Virus record (IMG/VR): IMGVR_UViG_3300025101_000026
Location: 20 to 64,019 of that record
Source of the DNA: a virus
DNA length: 64,000 bases
Strand: one strand, 5' to 3'
The position numbers and the translations under genes are program-made. The notes under the pieces were generated by a model. The model was not told where the DNA came from. It was given only the letters and a program-made list of their open reading frames with translations, and did not search any database. Shown one piece after another: positions 28,998 to 37,807 of the stretch; the first letter of the stretch is position 1; each line of letters opens with the position of its first letter.

Positions 28998-29235
28998 ACC
29001 ATATACAGAAAAAGGCGAAATAAGAACTTTTTTAGTTGATACTAAAGAAGAAGAATTAGTTTGGCATAGAGATTACGAAGATAGAATTATAGAACCACTC
29101 CACGAAACTGATTGGAAATTTCAATACGATAACAATACTCCGGAGAGTTTAAAACGACTATTTATTAGAAAGGGTGTATATCATAGGTTGATTAAAGGCT
29201 CTGGAGATTTAAAATTAAAAGTAATAAAACTGTAA
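28984..29235 (+). CDS. Small cupin-like protein
   Basis: ELVWHRD.EDR...LFIRKGVYHRLIKG resembles cupin metal motifs. Confidence 0.5.
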   Translation: MDTGRPYTEKGEIRTFLVDTKEEELVWHRDYEDRIIEPLHETDWKFQYDNNTPESLKRLFIRKGVYHRLIKGSGDLKLKVIKL

Positions 29236-29370
29236 ATGGCTAAAATAGTACTTAGCGATTACTTAGGTTCTAAGAGTAGAAAAAGACCAGGTATACACGC
29301 TAAAAGTAAAACATCTAAGCTTAAAAATAGTAGAAACTATAAAAAAGCTTATAAAGGACAAGGTAGATGA
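29236..29370 (+). CDS. 44-aa highly basic peptide (missing from ORF track)
   Basis: MAKIVLSDYLGSKSRKRPGIHAKSKTSKLKNSRNYKKAYKGQGR. It fills the gap exactly, and its TGA overlaps the next ATG (ATGA). Confidence 0.65.
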   Translation: MAKIVLSDYLGSKSRKRPGIHAKSKTSKLKNSRNYKKAYKGQGR

Positions 29371-29798
29371 AACTTTCACAAATCATATTAGAGGGACCCC
29401 TAGAATATGATCCTGATTTTAATCGTGAGATAGATAAGATACAAGATCAGGGCGGAAAGTACTTAGGTTCAGGCGATTATGGTTCAGTATACCTTTTAAA
29501 AGGAAAGGCAGTTAAAGTAACAACAGATTCTATTGAATTAGATCACGCTGAAAAACTTAAAGGCAAAAAAACTAATAATTTTGTTTATATTTTTGACGTT
29601 AATAGGTTGAATAATAAACTAGGAATTATTACAATGGAGGTTATGGGAGAATACAAAGGGGATATTCCGGAAGATTTTATTGATAAATTAGAAAAAGAAG
29701 CTGTTAGATTTAATATAGATCCAACAGAGTTAGACATAAGACCTGATAATTTCATGGTACATCCTAAATCAGGTAAGTTAAAAATGACTGACGTTTAG
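29367..29798 (+). CDS. Minimal protein-kinase-like enzyme with MKLSQIILE leader
   Basis: LGSGDYGSVY (Gly loop), AVKV (Lys), DIRPDNFM (catalytic loop), KMTD (metal-binding Asp). Confidence 0.65.
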   Translation: MKLSQIILEGPLEYDPDFNREIDKIQDQGGKYLGSGDYGSVYLLKGKAVKVTTDSIELDHAEKLKGKKTNNFVYIFDVNRLNNKLGIITMEVMGEYKGDIPEDFIDKLEKEAVRFNIDPTELDIRPDNFMVHPKSGKLKMTDV

Positions 29799-29827
29799 TT
29801 GGTAAATACAATATTTTTTCATATATT
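29799..29827 (+). promoter_or_regulatory. Putative host-RNAP promoter TTG-N20-TATATT upstream of primase
   Basis: GTTGGT...TATATT. Confidence 0.55.
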
Positions 29828-29846
29828 ATAGAGTTAACTATGAAGT

Positions 29847-30773
29847 ATGGATTATAGTTTTTTATTAGGTTCTATAGAAAATATACTAGGAAAAAGCAAT
29901 AAAAGAGCAAGAGATAATTACGCTTTTCATTGCCCCTTTTGCAACCATCGAAAGCCTAAGTTAGAAATTAACATGGCTACAAATGATGAAGGTAAAAACT
30001 TTTGGGAATGTTGGGTATGTAAAACTAGAGGACAGTCAATATTTTCTCTTTTAAGACAACTGAAAGTACCTAAAGTTGAAGCTAATGAAGTACTCAAGTA
30101 TGTTAAAAGAGGTAAGAAGTATGAGTATAAAAATACGGAAGTAGCAGAATTACCAAAAGAATTTCAACTACTTTACTCAGCTTCTAGTACTTCTATTATT
30201 GCTAATAAAGTTAAAAAATATTTATATGAACGAGGACTTACCGACAATGATTTTATTAAATATAGTATTGGATACACAACAGGTGGAGACTATGGAGGAA
30301 GAATCATTATCCCAAGCTATTCTTCATCCAATAGGCTCAACTATTTTGTTGGGAGAACTTATGAGAGAGCTTACTTTAAATATAAAAATCCCGAAACTTC
30401 CAAGGACATAGTATTTTTTGAAAACTTAATTAACTGGAATCAACCTATTATTTTATGTGAAGGAGCATTTGATGCTATTGCCATTCGTAGAAATGCAGTA
30501 CCTATATTAGGTAAAAGTCTTTCCCCTTCATTATTAAAAAAAATTATTACTTCTAAACTAAAAGATATCTACATAGCTTTAGATAAAGATGCTCAAAAAG
30601 ATGCATTAGAAATAGCAGAAAATTTACTTAACTTAGGTAAGAGGGTCTTCCTAGTTGATTTAAAACAAAAAGACCCTAGCGAGATGGGCTTCGAAGCTTT
30701 TACTCGTCTTATACAATCAGCAGATGAATTAGACTTATCAAGTTTAATGCTGCATAAAATGGAAGCCATATGA
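29847..30773 (+). CDS. DNA primase (Zn finger plus TOPRIM)
   Basis: HCPFCNH...ECWVC, GRIIIP, YFVGR, LCEGAFDA, ALDKDA, KDPSEM. Confidence 0.85.
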   Translation: MDYSFLLGSIENILGKSNKRARDNYAFHCPFCNHRKPKLEINMATNDEGKNFWECWVCKTRGQSIFSLLRQLKVPKVEANEVLKYVKRGKKYEYKNTEVAELPKEFQLLYSASSTSIIANKVKKYLYERGLTDNDFIKYSIGYTTGGDYGGRIIIPSYSSSNRLNYFVGRTYERAYFKYKNPETSKDIVFFENLINWNQPIILCEGAFDAIAIRRNAVPILGKSLSPSLLKKIITSKLKDIYIALDKDAQKDALEIAENLLNLGKRVFLVDLKQKDPSEMGFEAFTRLIQSADELDLSSLMLHKMEAI

Positions 30774-31552
30774 TAAGGCAAGGAACTAATATCCTAAAAG
30801 AAAATTCAAAAAATAGATTAAATTTTAAACCTGAATTAAAACAAATTAATTTTTTAGATCGTAGAGTCTACAAAAGGGACGAAGGAGTTTATTATCCTTC
30901 TGTTACTACTATACTACAATATATGCCAAAAAATAAATTTTTTGATAACTGGTTAAAAGATGTAGGTCATAACGCTGATCTTATAATGAGAAAAGCAGGA
31001 AAGGAAGGTACACAAGTTCATGAAGCAGCAGAAGCTTTAGTAAAAGGTGAAGAAGTCAATTGGATGGATGATTACGGTAACGCTAAATATTCTCAAATAG
31101 TATGGGAAATGATCTTAAAATTTCATGATTTTTGGTCTACTTATAAACCTAAACTTATATCTACCGAAGAATTTGTATTTTCAGATAAATTTAAGTATGC
31201 CGGTACTGCCGATTTATTAGTTGAAATGGACGGTGAAATTTGGTTATTAGATTTAAAAACTTCAAACAATCTACATAGATCGTATGATCTTCAACTTGCA
31301 GCATACGCTAAAGCAATCGAAGAAGCAAAAGGAATAAAAATACAAAGAACAGGAATAATTTGGTTAAAAGCTAATACTAGATCAGCATCTAAAAAGAAAG
31401 GTGTTTACCAAGGTAAAGGTTGGCAAATTAAAATTATAGATAAAATAGATTATAATTTTGACTTATTTCAGACGATTTATAAACTTTACTTATTAGATAA
31501 CCCTAAGACTGAACCTATTTATAAGAGTTACCCAACAACTCTTAAAATATGA
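30770..31552 (+). CDS. PD-(D/E)XK (Cas4-like) exonuclease
   Basis: YYPSVTTIL, GTQVHEA, YAGTADLL, LDLKTS, QLAAYA. Confidence 0.8.
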   Translation: MIRQGTNILKENSKNRLNFKPELKQINFLDRRVYKRDEGVYYPSVTTILQYMPKNKFFDNWLKDVGHNADLIMRKAGKEGTQVHEAAEALVKGEEVNWMDDYGNAKYSQIVWEMILKFHDFWSTYKPKLISTEEFVFSDKFKYAGTADLLVEMDGEIWLLDLKTSNNLHRSYDLQLAAYAKAIEEAKGIKIQRTGIIWLKANTRSASKKKGVYQGKGWQIKIIDKIDYNFDLFQTIYKLYLLDNPKTEPIYKSYPTTLKI

Positions 31553-32481
31553 AAAAAATAATAGAATGGCATCAAAATATGGTTTTTAATTTTATGGCCA
31601 AGCTTAACTTAGGAGTATATGAAATAGCTTGGATATCATGGCTGAAAGGTTTATTGATGGGAGCTGTATTTACATTACTATGTAGCTGTGGAGTACAGTT
31701 TCAATATGGAGTATTAAATACGGCAGGACAAATAGACGGTATATACCAGACTCCAAATACTAAAGTAGATACTATTAGCTCAGTTTTTGATTTAAAAAGG
31801 AAGCTCAGAAACGACTTTAATTTTAGGTACGATTTTGCAACTTATGCAATGAACCAACCTTATTCTTTCTACTGGAATAATCCTAGATTAGAGGGTATTT
31901 GGAGACCATATAATAGGTTTGATGTTTATTTTCATAGCAACTGGTTTTGGAACGATTGGGCTTTTAATTACCCTTTCCATCATACTTGGGGTTGGAATAA
32001 TTGGTATAGTTGGAATAGACCATATTACTACTACGGATGGATTAGACCTTATAGTCCATGGAATAATTGGTATCAAGGACCTTTTAATAACCAGAGTTAC
32101 AATATAGTCTATAATGCTAGTAGAAGAGGTAGCTTAACTTCTAATCTTAATTCAAGTATTTCTAATAGAATTCAAACTAATAGAGTATTAAACGTAAGTA
32201 AAAGACCAGTAAACAATAATGCTGTAAATACATTAATTAATAATTATAAACCTAATAACAACTATAATTATAAACCTAGTAACAATAATACTATAATTGT
32301 AAAACCTAATAACAATAATAATTGGAAACCGAGTAATAATAATAACTATAAACCTAGTAATAACTATTCTAGACCAAGCAACAATTACTCAAGACCAAGT
32401 AATAACTATTCTAAACCTAGTAATAGCAGTATGTCAAGATCATCATCTTCATCTAGAGGTGGTAAAATAAATAGAGAATAA
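31549..32481 (+). CDS. Putative lipoprotein/membrane protein with Trp/Tyr-rich core and N/S/P-rich disordered tail
   Basis: Hydrophobic helix ending LLCSCG (lipobox-like), W/Y/N-rich centre, NNYSRPS repeats and an SRSSSSSRGG end. Confidence 0.55.
   Translation: MKKIIEWHQNMVFNFMAKLNLGVYEIAWISWLKGLLMGAVFTLLCSCGVQFQYGVLNTAGQIDGIYQTPNTKVDTISSVFDLKRKLRNDFNFRYDFATYAMNQPYSFYWNNPRLEGIWRPYNRFDVYFHSNWFWNDWAFNYPFHHTWGWNNWYSWNRPYYYYGWIRPYSPWNNWYQGPFNNQSYNIVYNASRRGSLTSNLNSSISNRIQTNRVLNVSKRPVNNNAVNTLINNYKPNNNYNYKPSNNNTIIVKPNNNNNWKPSNNNNYKPSNNYSRPSNNYSRPSNNYSKPSNSSMSRSSSSSRGGKINRE
32239..32426 (+). repeat. Imperfect 21-nt tandem repeats encoding NNY(K/S)(K/R)PS
   Basis: For example aataactataaacctagt / aataactattctagaccaagc / aacaattactcaagaccaagt / aataactattctaaacctagt. 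Confidence 0.75.
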
Positions 32482-33410
32482 TGATAGAATTACTGAGCCT
32501 TATACGAGAACAAATTGAAAAACCTAAAGCAGTAGTAATGGCCGGTGGTGGAGGTACAGGTAAAACATTTCTATTAAAACAGTTAGACTTACCTTCTCTA
32601 ACTCAATTTAATCCTGACAAATACGTAGAAGATCCAAACCACCGTTTTCATCGTAATTTAGGAGCAGCTTCAATACAGGTAGGTAAGGACGTAGAAGATG
32701 CAGCTGAAAAAGGAATTAGCTTTGTTTGGGATACAACTGCTTCTAATCCTTCTAAAATAAAAAGCTTAATAGATAAAGGATATGATGTTTATATGATTAT
32801 GGTATATGCTCATCCTATGATTTCATATATTGCTAATTTTGGAAGAGATAGATCTTTACCTTCTATAGCAGTTTTCTCTACTTGGCGTAACGTATACCAG
32901 TTAATATCTCAATACCAAGAAATGTTAGGAGATAATTTATCTATTTTTATTAACGATAGAGGTGGTAAATTTAATAAAGAAATCGAAGATTTTAATAAAG
33001 CTGCTGAAAGAGGAGTTAAAGGTATAACTGAATATCTTAAGTCTTATAACGAAAAAATGGGTACAGGTAAATCTTCATTTTTTGAACCTGTAAAAATGTC
33101 TTCCGAAGAAGAAAAAGCTTTTCAAGCAGCAGTAGCTGATGTTGATTACGATAGAAATAACAGATCTGAAGATAAAGCTATGAAACAAGAGTTTTTAAAA
33201 CTATACCGCAAAAACGGAGTAGGTCCTGGTGACGACCAGTTATTAAAAGCCCGTAATAAATTCAGAGATAAAAAAGCTAGTTTAGATAAAAAAACTGAAG
33301 ATGTTTTAAAAAATATAGCCGAACTACTTTTTAGCTCAGACTTTCAAAATTTACTCAAATCTTCTTCAGTTGCTGATATAGATAAAAAAGTACAAAAATT
33401 CTTAGCATGA
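32481..33410 (+). CDS. P-loop kinase (zeta-toxin/AAA_33-like) with leader
   Basis: KPKAVVMAGGGGTGKT, FNPDKYVE, SFVWDTT, GYDVYMIMV. Confidence 0.65.
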   Translation: MIELLSLIREQIEKPKAVVMAGGGGTGKTFLLKQLDLPSLTQFNPDKYVEDPNHRFHRNLGAASIQVGKDVEDAAEKGISFVWDTTASNPSKIKSLIDKGYDVYMIMVYAHPMISYIANFGRDRSLPSIAVFSTWRNVYQLISQYQEMLGDNLSIFINDRGGKFNKEIEDFNKAAERGVKGITEYLKSYNEKMGTGKSSFFEPVKMSSEEEKAFQAAVADVDYDRNNRSEDKAMKQEFLKLYRKNGVGPGDDQLLKARNKFRDKKASLDKKTEDVLKNIAELLFSSDFQNLLKSSSVADIDKKVQKFLA

Positions 33411-34597
33411 TAGCATTATATCCAGGAGCTTTTAAACCACCGCATAGAGGTCATTTTGAAGTAGTAAAAAGTTTACTACAAGGAAATCATGGAGGTAAAG
33501 TTTATGATATAGATAATTATGCTTCAGCAGGTTCTAGTGTATTAAAAGGAGATAGTGATAAATTACAAAAAATTCGAAAAGTTTTAGTATTTATAGGAGA
33601 AGGAGGAAGAAATGGTATAACTAGAGGTGAATCTACTAAAGTATGGAAAATATATGCTAAATATATTCCTGGAGTAGTAATAATGGACGGAGGAAAAAAT
33701 CCAATGTTGACAGCTAAAGATTATGCCAAAGCAAACCAACAAGAAAAATTTTATGCTGTAACAGGAGTTAGATCAGAAGAAGATTTACCGGATCTTAAAA
33801 GAGTTACAACTTTTAAAAATAGAGATAATGTACAAGGGTTAGTAATTCCATCTGCTGAAGGTTCAAAAGTTAGAGCAACTGATTTTAGAAAAGCAATCCT
33901 TTCAGGTAACTTAGATGAAGTTTTAGATTTTTTTCCTAGTGAATTATCAAAAGAAGAAATTTTAAATATTATAAGTATGTTAAAGTCAAGTATTATAGCG
34001 GAAAAAATGAGCGACGATTTGGATAACGTTATGGAAAATATTTTCAAAACCGAAGGGTCATCAGGAACTGCAACAGCACCTAAAAGTATTATACGCTCTG
34101 AAGATAGAGATAAGTTATTAAAAGTATTTACTCAACTAAGAAAAACTTTAGACCCTGAAACATTTGAATTAATATTTAATCAAAATCATATTAGAATACA
34201 AATCAAAGATATTGACTTAAAGATAGGATTCGATTATACCCCTTTTATGGCATCTCTTTTAGAATATATGATTAACGAAGGACATAATATAGTGCCCCTT
34301 CCTGAAGTTAAAATTAAGAAAGATATGGTTGAATCATCTGATTTTTTCGGTAAAACAGCTTATTATGAACCTACTAAGCAAGAAGTAGTTTTGTATGTTG
34401 AAGGCCGGCATCCTAAAGATGTAATGAGATCATTTGCTCATGAAATGATTCACCATAAACAAAATATTGAAGGTAGGTTAGGTAAAATTAGTACAACTGA
34501 TACAAATAAAGACGATAATCTACTAGAACTAGAAAAAGAAGCTTATTTAGAAGGTAATATTGCTTTTAGAAACTGGGAAGACTCAGTAAAAAATTAA
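33407..34597 (+). CDS. HxGH nucleotidyltransferase fused to a C-terminal HExxH (zincin-like) domain
   Basis: LYPGAFKPPHRGHFEV at the N-terminus, VRATDFRKA, and RSFAHEMIHHKQ...EKEAY near the C-terminus. Confidence 0.65.
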   Translation: MIALYPGAFKPPHRGHFEVVKSLLQGNHGGKVYDIDNYASAGSSVLKGDSDKLQKIRKVLVFIGEGGRNGITRGESTKVWKIYAKYIPGVVIMDGGKNPMLTAKDYAKANQQEKFYAVTGVRSEEDLPDLKRVTTFKNRDNVQGLVIPSAEGSKVRATDFRKAILSGNLDEVLDFFPSELSKEEILNIISMLKSSIIAEKMSDDLDNVMENIFKTEGSSGTATAPKSIIRSEDRDKLLKVFTQLRKTLDPETFELIFNQNHIRIQIKDIDLKIGFDYTPFMASLLEYMINEGHNIVPLPEVKIKKDMVESSDFFGKTAYYEPTKQEVVLYVEGRHPKDVMRSFAHEMIHHKQNIEGRLGKISTTDTNKDDNLLELEKEAYLEGNIAFRNWEDSVKN

Positions 34598-34605
34598 TTA
34601 AAAAG

Positions 34606-34634
34606 TTGGATAATTGTATGGAATTTCTTATATT
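34606..34634 (+). promoter_or_regulatory. Putative host-RNAP promoter TTG-N20-TATATT upstream of the HAD phosphatase
   Basis: GTTGGA...TATATT. Confidence 0.55.
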
Positions 34635-34665
34635 TAATAAAATACTATATTAAAATAAAGGTTAT

Positions 34666-35211
34666 ATGAATACAAGTATTGTAGATTTATTAGAAGCATA
34701 TCCGCTTCCGGAACAAAAAGAAATGCCACCATATAAAATATACTGTGATATGGATGGAGTTTTAACTGATTTTGAATCTCGCTTCGAACATTTTACTGGA
34801 ATGTCACCAAAAGAGTATGAAAATAATTACGGCACAGCAGCATTTTGGAATCTTATAGATGTTGAAGTAGGAGTAAGATTTTGGGTTGGAATGGATTGGA
34901 TGCCTCAAGGAAAGGAATTATGGAACTTTATTCTTCCTTACAAACCTGATTTATTAACTTCACCGTCTAGAGATAATAATTCTAGATTAGGTAAAAATTT
35001 ATGGGTTAAAAATAATTTAAATCCAAAACCGAAAGTAATTTTTGCTTATTCTGCTGACAAACAAAGATATGCTAATGAAAATAGTATATTAATTGATGAT
35101 AAAAAATCTAATATTAATGAATGGATAGCAAAAGGTGGAATAGCTTTTAGAGTAAAAGGAGGAGACATAACACCAGCAATTCAAGGACTTAAAGAACTAG
35201 GATATGAATAA
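34666..35211 (+). CDS. HAD-family 5'(3')-deoxyribonucleotidase-like phosphatase
   Basis: IYCDMDGVLTDF, LLTSP, GKNLW, ILIDDKKSNINEWIAKGG. Confidence 0.8.
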   Translation: MNTSIVDLLEAYPLPEQKEMPPYKIYCDMDGVLTDFESRFEHFTGMSPKEYENNYGTAAFWNLIDVEVGVRFWVGMDWMPQGKELWNFILPYKPDLLTSPSRDNNSRLGKNLWVKNNLNPKPKVIFAYSADKQRYANENSILIDDKKSNINEWIAKGGIAFRVKGGDITPAIQGLKELGYE

Positions 35212-35779
35212 CGATTCAGTACTAAAAAAGGAATTTAAAAAATCTGACGTACAGAGAGTTAGAAACTTAGTTAATAAAGATTTTACCGGAGCTACTAAAT
35301 CACAATCAGGATATAAAAAATCTTACAAAAGATATAAGGAAGGTGATATTTGGGAAGTAGATGGAAGAAAATGGACTATTAAAAATGGTATCAAACAAAA
35401 TATTACTAAATTAGATTCTGCAAAAAAATCAATTAGAATTCCTTTAATTTGTCCTAAATGTAGCAAATCTCTTAAACATCATCTACATACTAAAATGTAT
35501 AAAATACATGGATTCTGCTTAGACTGTACTGTAGATATGGAACATAAACTTAAACTAGCAGGATTATATAAGCAATACGAACAGCGTATGCTTCAAGGAA
35601 ATATGAAAGTTTTTGCTCAAGATATAGAAGCATGGGCTGGAGAATTAGTTAATACTAATGATAGTTATGTTACCGAAGGTGGAGATATAGAAGATTGGAG
35701 ATCTAATAATCAAAAAAATAAAGAGTTTTTAAGTGATATAAAAGAATATATCCAACATCTTTCTAAACACATAAAATAG
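35204..35779 (+). CDS. Hypothetical protein with Zn-ribbon
   Basis: CPKC...HGFCLDC. Confidence 0.55.
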   Translation: MNNDSVLKKEFKKSDVQRVRNLVNKDFTGATKSQSGYKKSYKRYKEGDIWEVDGRKWTIKNGIKQNITKLDSAKKSIRIPLICPKCSKSLKHHLHTKMYKIHGFCLDCTVDMEHKLKLAGLYKQYEQRMLQGNMKVFAQDIEAWAGELVNTNDSYVTEGGDIEDWRSNNQKNKEFLSDIKEYIQHLSKHIK

Positions 35780-35782
35780 GTA

Positions 35783-35790
35783 TATTTATA
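35783..35790 (+). promoter_or_regulatory. Putative late promoter TATTTATA
   Basis: Intergenic, before ATG 35810. Confidence 0.55.
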
Positions 35791-35809
35791 TATAAACCTA
35801 TTTAATACT

Positions 35810-36157
35810 ATGACACAGAAACAATTATTAGAATCTGTACTTTCTGAAATAGTTCATATCAAAAAACATATGCCTAATGGAGAATTAAAGCAAATGCAAA
35901 AAGATATGGAAGATTTAAAAGAAAACATTTCAGACCTTAAATATACTTTACTTAATCCTGATAATGGAGTTATAGTTACTACTAATAAAAATACTGCCTT
36001 TCGCAAATCTATGGAAAGTAATGAAAGAGACTTTTTAGCAAAAATGATTGAATTAGAAGGTATAAAACGTTGGAAGGAAGGAGTTACTAAAGCTCTGTGG
36101 ATACTATTCACAGCACTAGCAGGCATAATAATAAGATTATTAACTGAAGTAGTATAA
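35810..36157 (+). CDS. Coiled-coil protein with C-terminal transmembrane helix
   Basis: KALWILFTALAGIIIRLL at the C-terminus; TATTTATA upstream. Confidence 0.55.
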   Translation: MTQKQLLESVLSEIVHIKKHMPNGELKQMQKDMEDLKENISDLKYTLLNPDNGVIVTTNKNTAFRKSMESNERDFLAKMIELEGIKRWKEGVTKALWILFTALAGIIIRLLTEVV

Positions 36158-37146
36158 TGGAAAGTAAGAAGAGAATATCACCCGATATGTATGCTTTTAT
36201 GAGAGAACTTATAAGAGAATCTCTTCGTGATTGGTTTAAAAAAGAAAAATGGGTTAGAATATCTACCTCCGGTAACATAGCCGGTCCATGCGGTACTTCT
36301 AAAAATAAAAAAAATCCTGATAGATGTTTACCTGCAGCAAAAGCTAGAAGCTTAACTAAAGCTCAAAGAGCTGCAACAGCTAGAAAAAAGAAAAAAGCAG
36401 GAGCTAAAGGTCAAACAGTAGTTAAAAATACAAAAAAGGCAACAGTGAAAAAAGAAAATTTAGATCCGTCTTATAAACATGACGGTAAATCTGCACCTTA
36501 TGGTTCAGGTTATAGACCAATCAAGAAAGAAGACGTTAAAAATTTAATAGTAGGTCTACTACAAGAATATAAAAAAGAAAAAGTAGTTACTGAAAAAGAT
36601 GATAGATGTACTCGTATAGCTAAAAGAAAGTATGATACTTGGCCATCAGCTTATGCTTCAGGAGCAGTAGTAAGATGTAGAAGAGGGGAAATATGGAAAG
36701 GTGTTAAAGAAGAAACTTTGAAAGAAATGGACGGTGGTCAATTATTTGACTATTTCGCTAAAAAAGGATATAAAGTAACAGAACGTAGACCAGATGGAAA
36801 AGAAGCTGGATTTGAAGGGTATATGGTAAGTAAAGGGGATGGCCCGTACCCTCAAACAGTAATATTTCAATATGATAAAGATGTTGATCAATTTATGATT
36901 AGTAGAATGGGTGGTTATAGAATCGATCAAAAAGAAGCTATTAAAGCAGGAATGAGAGAACCAGGCTACTCAGGTGTTGTTGGAAGGGATTCTTATATGA
37001 CAGACGGAAATTATACTCCAGTTGATATTTCAGCTGAAGGATTAAAAGATATAGTTGATCATGTAATGACCGGGTTAGATCGAGAAGGTCAAGCACAAGC
37101 TGATTTTTATAAAGCCAGAGGCCGTACATCAGGTACTATAGATTAA
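36157..37146 (+). CDS. Modular Lys-rich protein (putative internal head polyprotein)
   Basis: Short modules SLRDWFKKEKWVRI, GKSAPYGSGY and WPSAYASGAVVRCR, separated by (I/L/V)-x-E sites. Confidence 0.55.
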   Translation: MESKKRISPDMYAFMRELIRESLRDWFKKEKWVRISTSGNIAGPCGTSKNKKNPDRCLPAAKARSLTKAQRAATARKKKKAGAKGQTVVKNTKKATVKKENLDPSYKHDGKSAPYGSGYRPIKKEDVKNLIVGLLQEYKKEKVVTEKDDRCTRIAKRKYDTWPSAYASGAVVRCRRGEIWKGVKEETLKEMDGGQLFDYFAKKGYKVTERRPDGKEAGFEGYMVSKGDGPYPQTVIFQYDKDVDQFMISRMGGYRIDQKEAIKAGMREPGYSGVVGRDSYMTDGNYTPVDISAEGLKDIVDHVMTGLDREGQAQADFYKARGRTSGTID

Positions 37147-37159
37147 TGAACTGTAAAGA

Positions 37160-37807
37160 ATGAAATTATCTAAATTAATATTGGAAAATAAAGAATTTAA
37201 GCTACCAGCACTATCCTTTGGCTATGATGCATTGGAACCTCATATAGATGAAGAAACTATGAGAGAGCATCATACTAAGCATCATAAAGGATATGTTACT
37301 AAGCTTAACGATGCTATGAAAGGCAAAGGTAAAAGTATAGAAGATATTTTATCTAATATTAAAAAATATGATGATAAAGTTAGAAATAATGCCGGTGGAG
37401 TTTATAATCATACTCTATATTTTAATTTAATGTCACCTGATGCTACTACAAATCCAGTCGGTCAATTAAAAGAAGATATAGATAAAGCTTTTGGTTCTTA
37501 TCAAAATTTTAAAGAAGAATTTTCTAACGCCGGTACAGGACAGTTTGGTTCCGGTTGGGCTTGGTTAACTCTTACTAATGAAGGACTAAAAATACATAGT
37601 ACTCCTAATCAAGATAATCCATTAATGAGCTACTCTGAAATTAAAGGAGATCCTATAATAGGTATGGATGTTTGGGAGCATGCTTATTATCTTAAACATA
37701 AAAGTCAAAGAGCAAAATATATTAAGGATTTTTTCAAAGTACTGTGTTGGAAAACAGCAGAAGAAAATTATCAAAAATTAATTAACAAAGACAATGAAGA
37801 TAATTAA
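37160..37807 (+). CDS. sodA: Fe/Mn superoxide dismutase, Mn-type signature
   Basis: HHTKHHKGYV, NNAGGVYNH, FGSGWAWL, NQDNP, DVWEHAYYL. The GGxxNH plus QDNP pattern fits Mn/cambialistic enzymes. Confidence 0.9.
   Translation: MKLSKLILENKEFKLPALSFGYDALEPHIDEETMREHHTKHHKGYVTKLNDAMKGKGKSIEDILSNIKKYDDKVRNNAGGVYNHTLYFNLMSPDATTNPVGQLKEDIDKAFGSYQNFKEEFSNAGTGQFGSGWAWLTLTNEGLKIHSTPNQDNPLMSYSEIKGDPIIGMDVWEHAYYLKHKSQRAKYIKDFFKVLCWKTAEENYQKLINKDNEDN

Noticed and set aside
30770-31552. Cas4-like gene as part of a CRISPR-Cas system
   Set aside because: No cas1/cas2 or array nearby; a stand-alone PD-(D/E)XK exonuclease beside primase is ordinary in large phages.
32239-32426. CRISPR-like array
   Set aside because: The repeats are in-frame, degenerate coding repeats with no unique spacers; the same applies to 52536-52661 and 62257-62730.
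35810-36157. Holin call
   Set aside because: A single C-terminal TM helix is insufficient, and no endolysin is adjacent.
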